From Dipteris shenzhenensis (taxonomy: Eukaryota), in NCBI GenBank assembly GCA_047967505.1, contig CM106538.1: a DNA stretch of 64,000 bases; one strand, written 5' to 3'. Shown here one piece after another: positions 62,001-64,000 of this stretch. A program made the translations under genes and the position numbers. Each line of letters opens with the position of its first letter. The stretch's first letter is position 1. Below the pieces are notes generated by a model. The model was not told the origin of the DNA. It did no database searches and worked only from the letters and a program-made list of their open reading frames with translations.

Positions 62001-64000
62001 AACAGGGAACCATGAAGAGAAGATCTCGCAGACAAAGCATTTGCTAGGAAGAGAGTTTGAAATGACAGACCTCGGACTGATGCATTTCTGTTTGGGGATT
62101 AAAGTTTGGCAAGAGCCAAAACAGATCTTCATTTCACAGCTGAAGTATGCTGGAGAGATACTGAAGGCATTTGGCATGGCTGAGTGCAAGACAGTTGGCA
62201 CCCCTATGGAGGTTGACGTGAAGCTCTCAAACGAGGATTCATCACCACTGGTGGATGAAGCGAAGTACAGAAGGCTTGTGGGCAGCTTGATTTACTTGTG
62301 CAACACGCGGCCGAACATCAGTTTTGCGACTGGTGTACTAAGCAGGTTTTCCAATAAGCGTCGGGAGAACCATTGGAGGGCAGGGATGCGGGTGCTGAAA
62401 TACATCAAAGGCACACTTGATTATGGCATTACCTATACCAAGGGCAACATCTTGACCGGATTCTGTGACTCGGATTGAGCAGGAGACGTGGACAACAGGA
62501 GATCAGTGACATGTTACTGTTTCTCACTTGGATCTGGAGCTGTGTCATGGGTCAGCAAGAAGCAACCTACAGTTGCTCTTTCTTCTACCGAGGCTGAGTA
62601 CAAATTAGCATGCTTTGCTTCTTGTGAGGCAGTATGATTGAGGAGGATTTTGGGAGACATGGGTGCAATGCAGAACAAGTCTATGCAGTTATCATGTGAC
62701 AATCAGAGTTGCATGGCGATTGCAAAGAACCCTGTGTTTCATGCTCGCACAAAACACATTGAGATTCAATATCACTTTGTACGCGAGCTCATTATGAATG
62801 GAGAGGTCGACTTGGTGTACTGTCTGACTACAGAGAATGCTGTGGACATCTTGACGAAGGCTCTTGGAAGAGACTTGCTAGAGAGACATCTTCATCAACT
62901 TGGCATTGGTCCGAAAAAGTAAGTTCACTTGCGAGAGGACATTGAGGGGGGGTGTTAGATATCAATGCTCCACTCTCGTGTAACTACGCGGGAACCAGCT
63001 AACTCTACTTGTAAGCCTCCCATATGAGGAGAAGGCATTTGAGTAGCTCGGTTATCCGGTAGGTCCTGGTTTGGACACTAGATGGGGACCATGTGTAGCT
63101 TGATGGTTGGACGGAGTTGGCACACTGTCAACTAGGCTACATGCAAGTACGGGAAGGCATCCCATGACTGACCGCACTGAGGGTAGACGGAGCATTTCCC
63201 GGGGCAGCCCACTCTCAGGTTGCGGGGCCTGTTTGGAGCCCCAGATGATCCCGGATGGATTTGGGCCGAACGGACTCCGTAGGTCAGTCGCTCTATTTTA
63301 CGCCACGGTTCTATCGTGTGGTCGGTGGCCTATTTCGGGACTGATCCCCAGTCGACCGTTTTGGGCGGACTGGGTCGGTCACCCATCTATTGTATTAGTT
63401 CTACAGTAATCAAATTTTTGATTCTCCATACTATTTGCTTTTCTCTCTTGCATACGAGATCCTGCTATCTGTTGAGCACAGACGTTGTATTATTTTCTTA
63501 CACATCTGACTCCACATCGACCCATATCTCTATGTCAGACACCCTCATTGTGATTTATTGGTCAACAAATTTGACCTCGGTAACACTCGGTGATGTCACC
63601 AAGAACAACTCTTTGATTACCACATTTGCTTTGGCCTCTCCCTTTGAATCTGAGTCGGACTCCTTTTTGTTTTTCTGATCCGCCTTTTTCTTTCTGTAGT
63701 CCTTTGCAAAATGTCATGGCGTATTAGAGTAGAAACACTTCTTTTTTTGCTTCCTTTTCAAAGTCTCCTCGGTGTCAGAGTCATATTTCTTGGACTTGCC
63801 ACCGTTAGGCTTGCGCTTTCCTTTGCCAGCGTAATCCTTCGCCAGCATTGCCTTGTCGTCTTTGTCCTTGTTGTAGAGCTTCTCCCGAGCTTCCTCCTGT
63901 AGCAGTAATGGACCCAAATCCTCAAACGTCAGAGGTTCGGTCCTCTGTCTTGCTGTCACAGTCGTAACAAAGCTCTTGAAACTTTGAGGTAGTCTCCTCA
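56029..64000 (-). mobile_element. Eroded copia-type gag-retaining element (5' part outside window), interrupted by copia C4
   Basis: gag C-terminus LTFEDLGPLLLQEE...KCFY at 63714-63959; about 0.85 kb of pol-like residue; minus-strand PPT GAGAGGGGG followed by TGTTGG at 56662; LTR about 56029-56662 with TATA; left end tentative. Confidence 0.65.
57498..63502 (+). mobile_element. Ty1/copia element C4, full-length, disrupted
   Basis: LTRs 57498-58187 and 62953-63502; PBS 58188-58199; PPT GAGGGGGGG; TSD CATCT; gag from 58258, PR WIIDSGAS, IN 59933 onward, RT LYVDD, RNase H to 62922. Confidence 0.95.

Noticed and set aside
1-64000. CRISPR arrays, rRNA or tRNA genes, prokaryotic systems
   Set aside because: None seen. 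The TGGTATCAGAGC motifs are primer-binding sites, not tRNA genes, and the repeats lack fixed repeat-spacer structure.

Overview
Land-plant nuclear DNA made almost entirely of nested retroelements. The large-genome, TE-filled-intron style is compatible with a fern or lycophyte, but the species cannot be shown from this window. Six short + strand exons (14648-28321) splice in frame, with GT-AG borders, into the chorismate-binding domain of an isochorismate synthase (ICS/MenF). The ORF track does not recover this gene. The flanking ICS exons were not found, so the window appears to lie inside one gene with introns of >14.6 kb, 12.4 kb and >35 kb. These introns hold four Ty1/copia elements with gag-pol (one with identical LTRs and a single stop codon), an intact gag-only LTR element plus two eroded gag-retaining ones, a chromovirus nested in another chromovirus, an old gypsy, a full-length L1-type LINE, and smaller unclassified insertions. 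Other points of interest are dense GTAC and ACGTGGC motif arrays in element leaders, an LTR-age paradox in the nested chromoviruses, a possible non-canonical LTR terminus, a 720-bp direct-repeat insertion in an RT active site, and two homologous remnants of an unidentified coding family. All coordinates and counts were read by hand.
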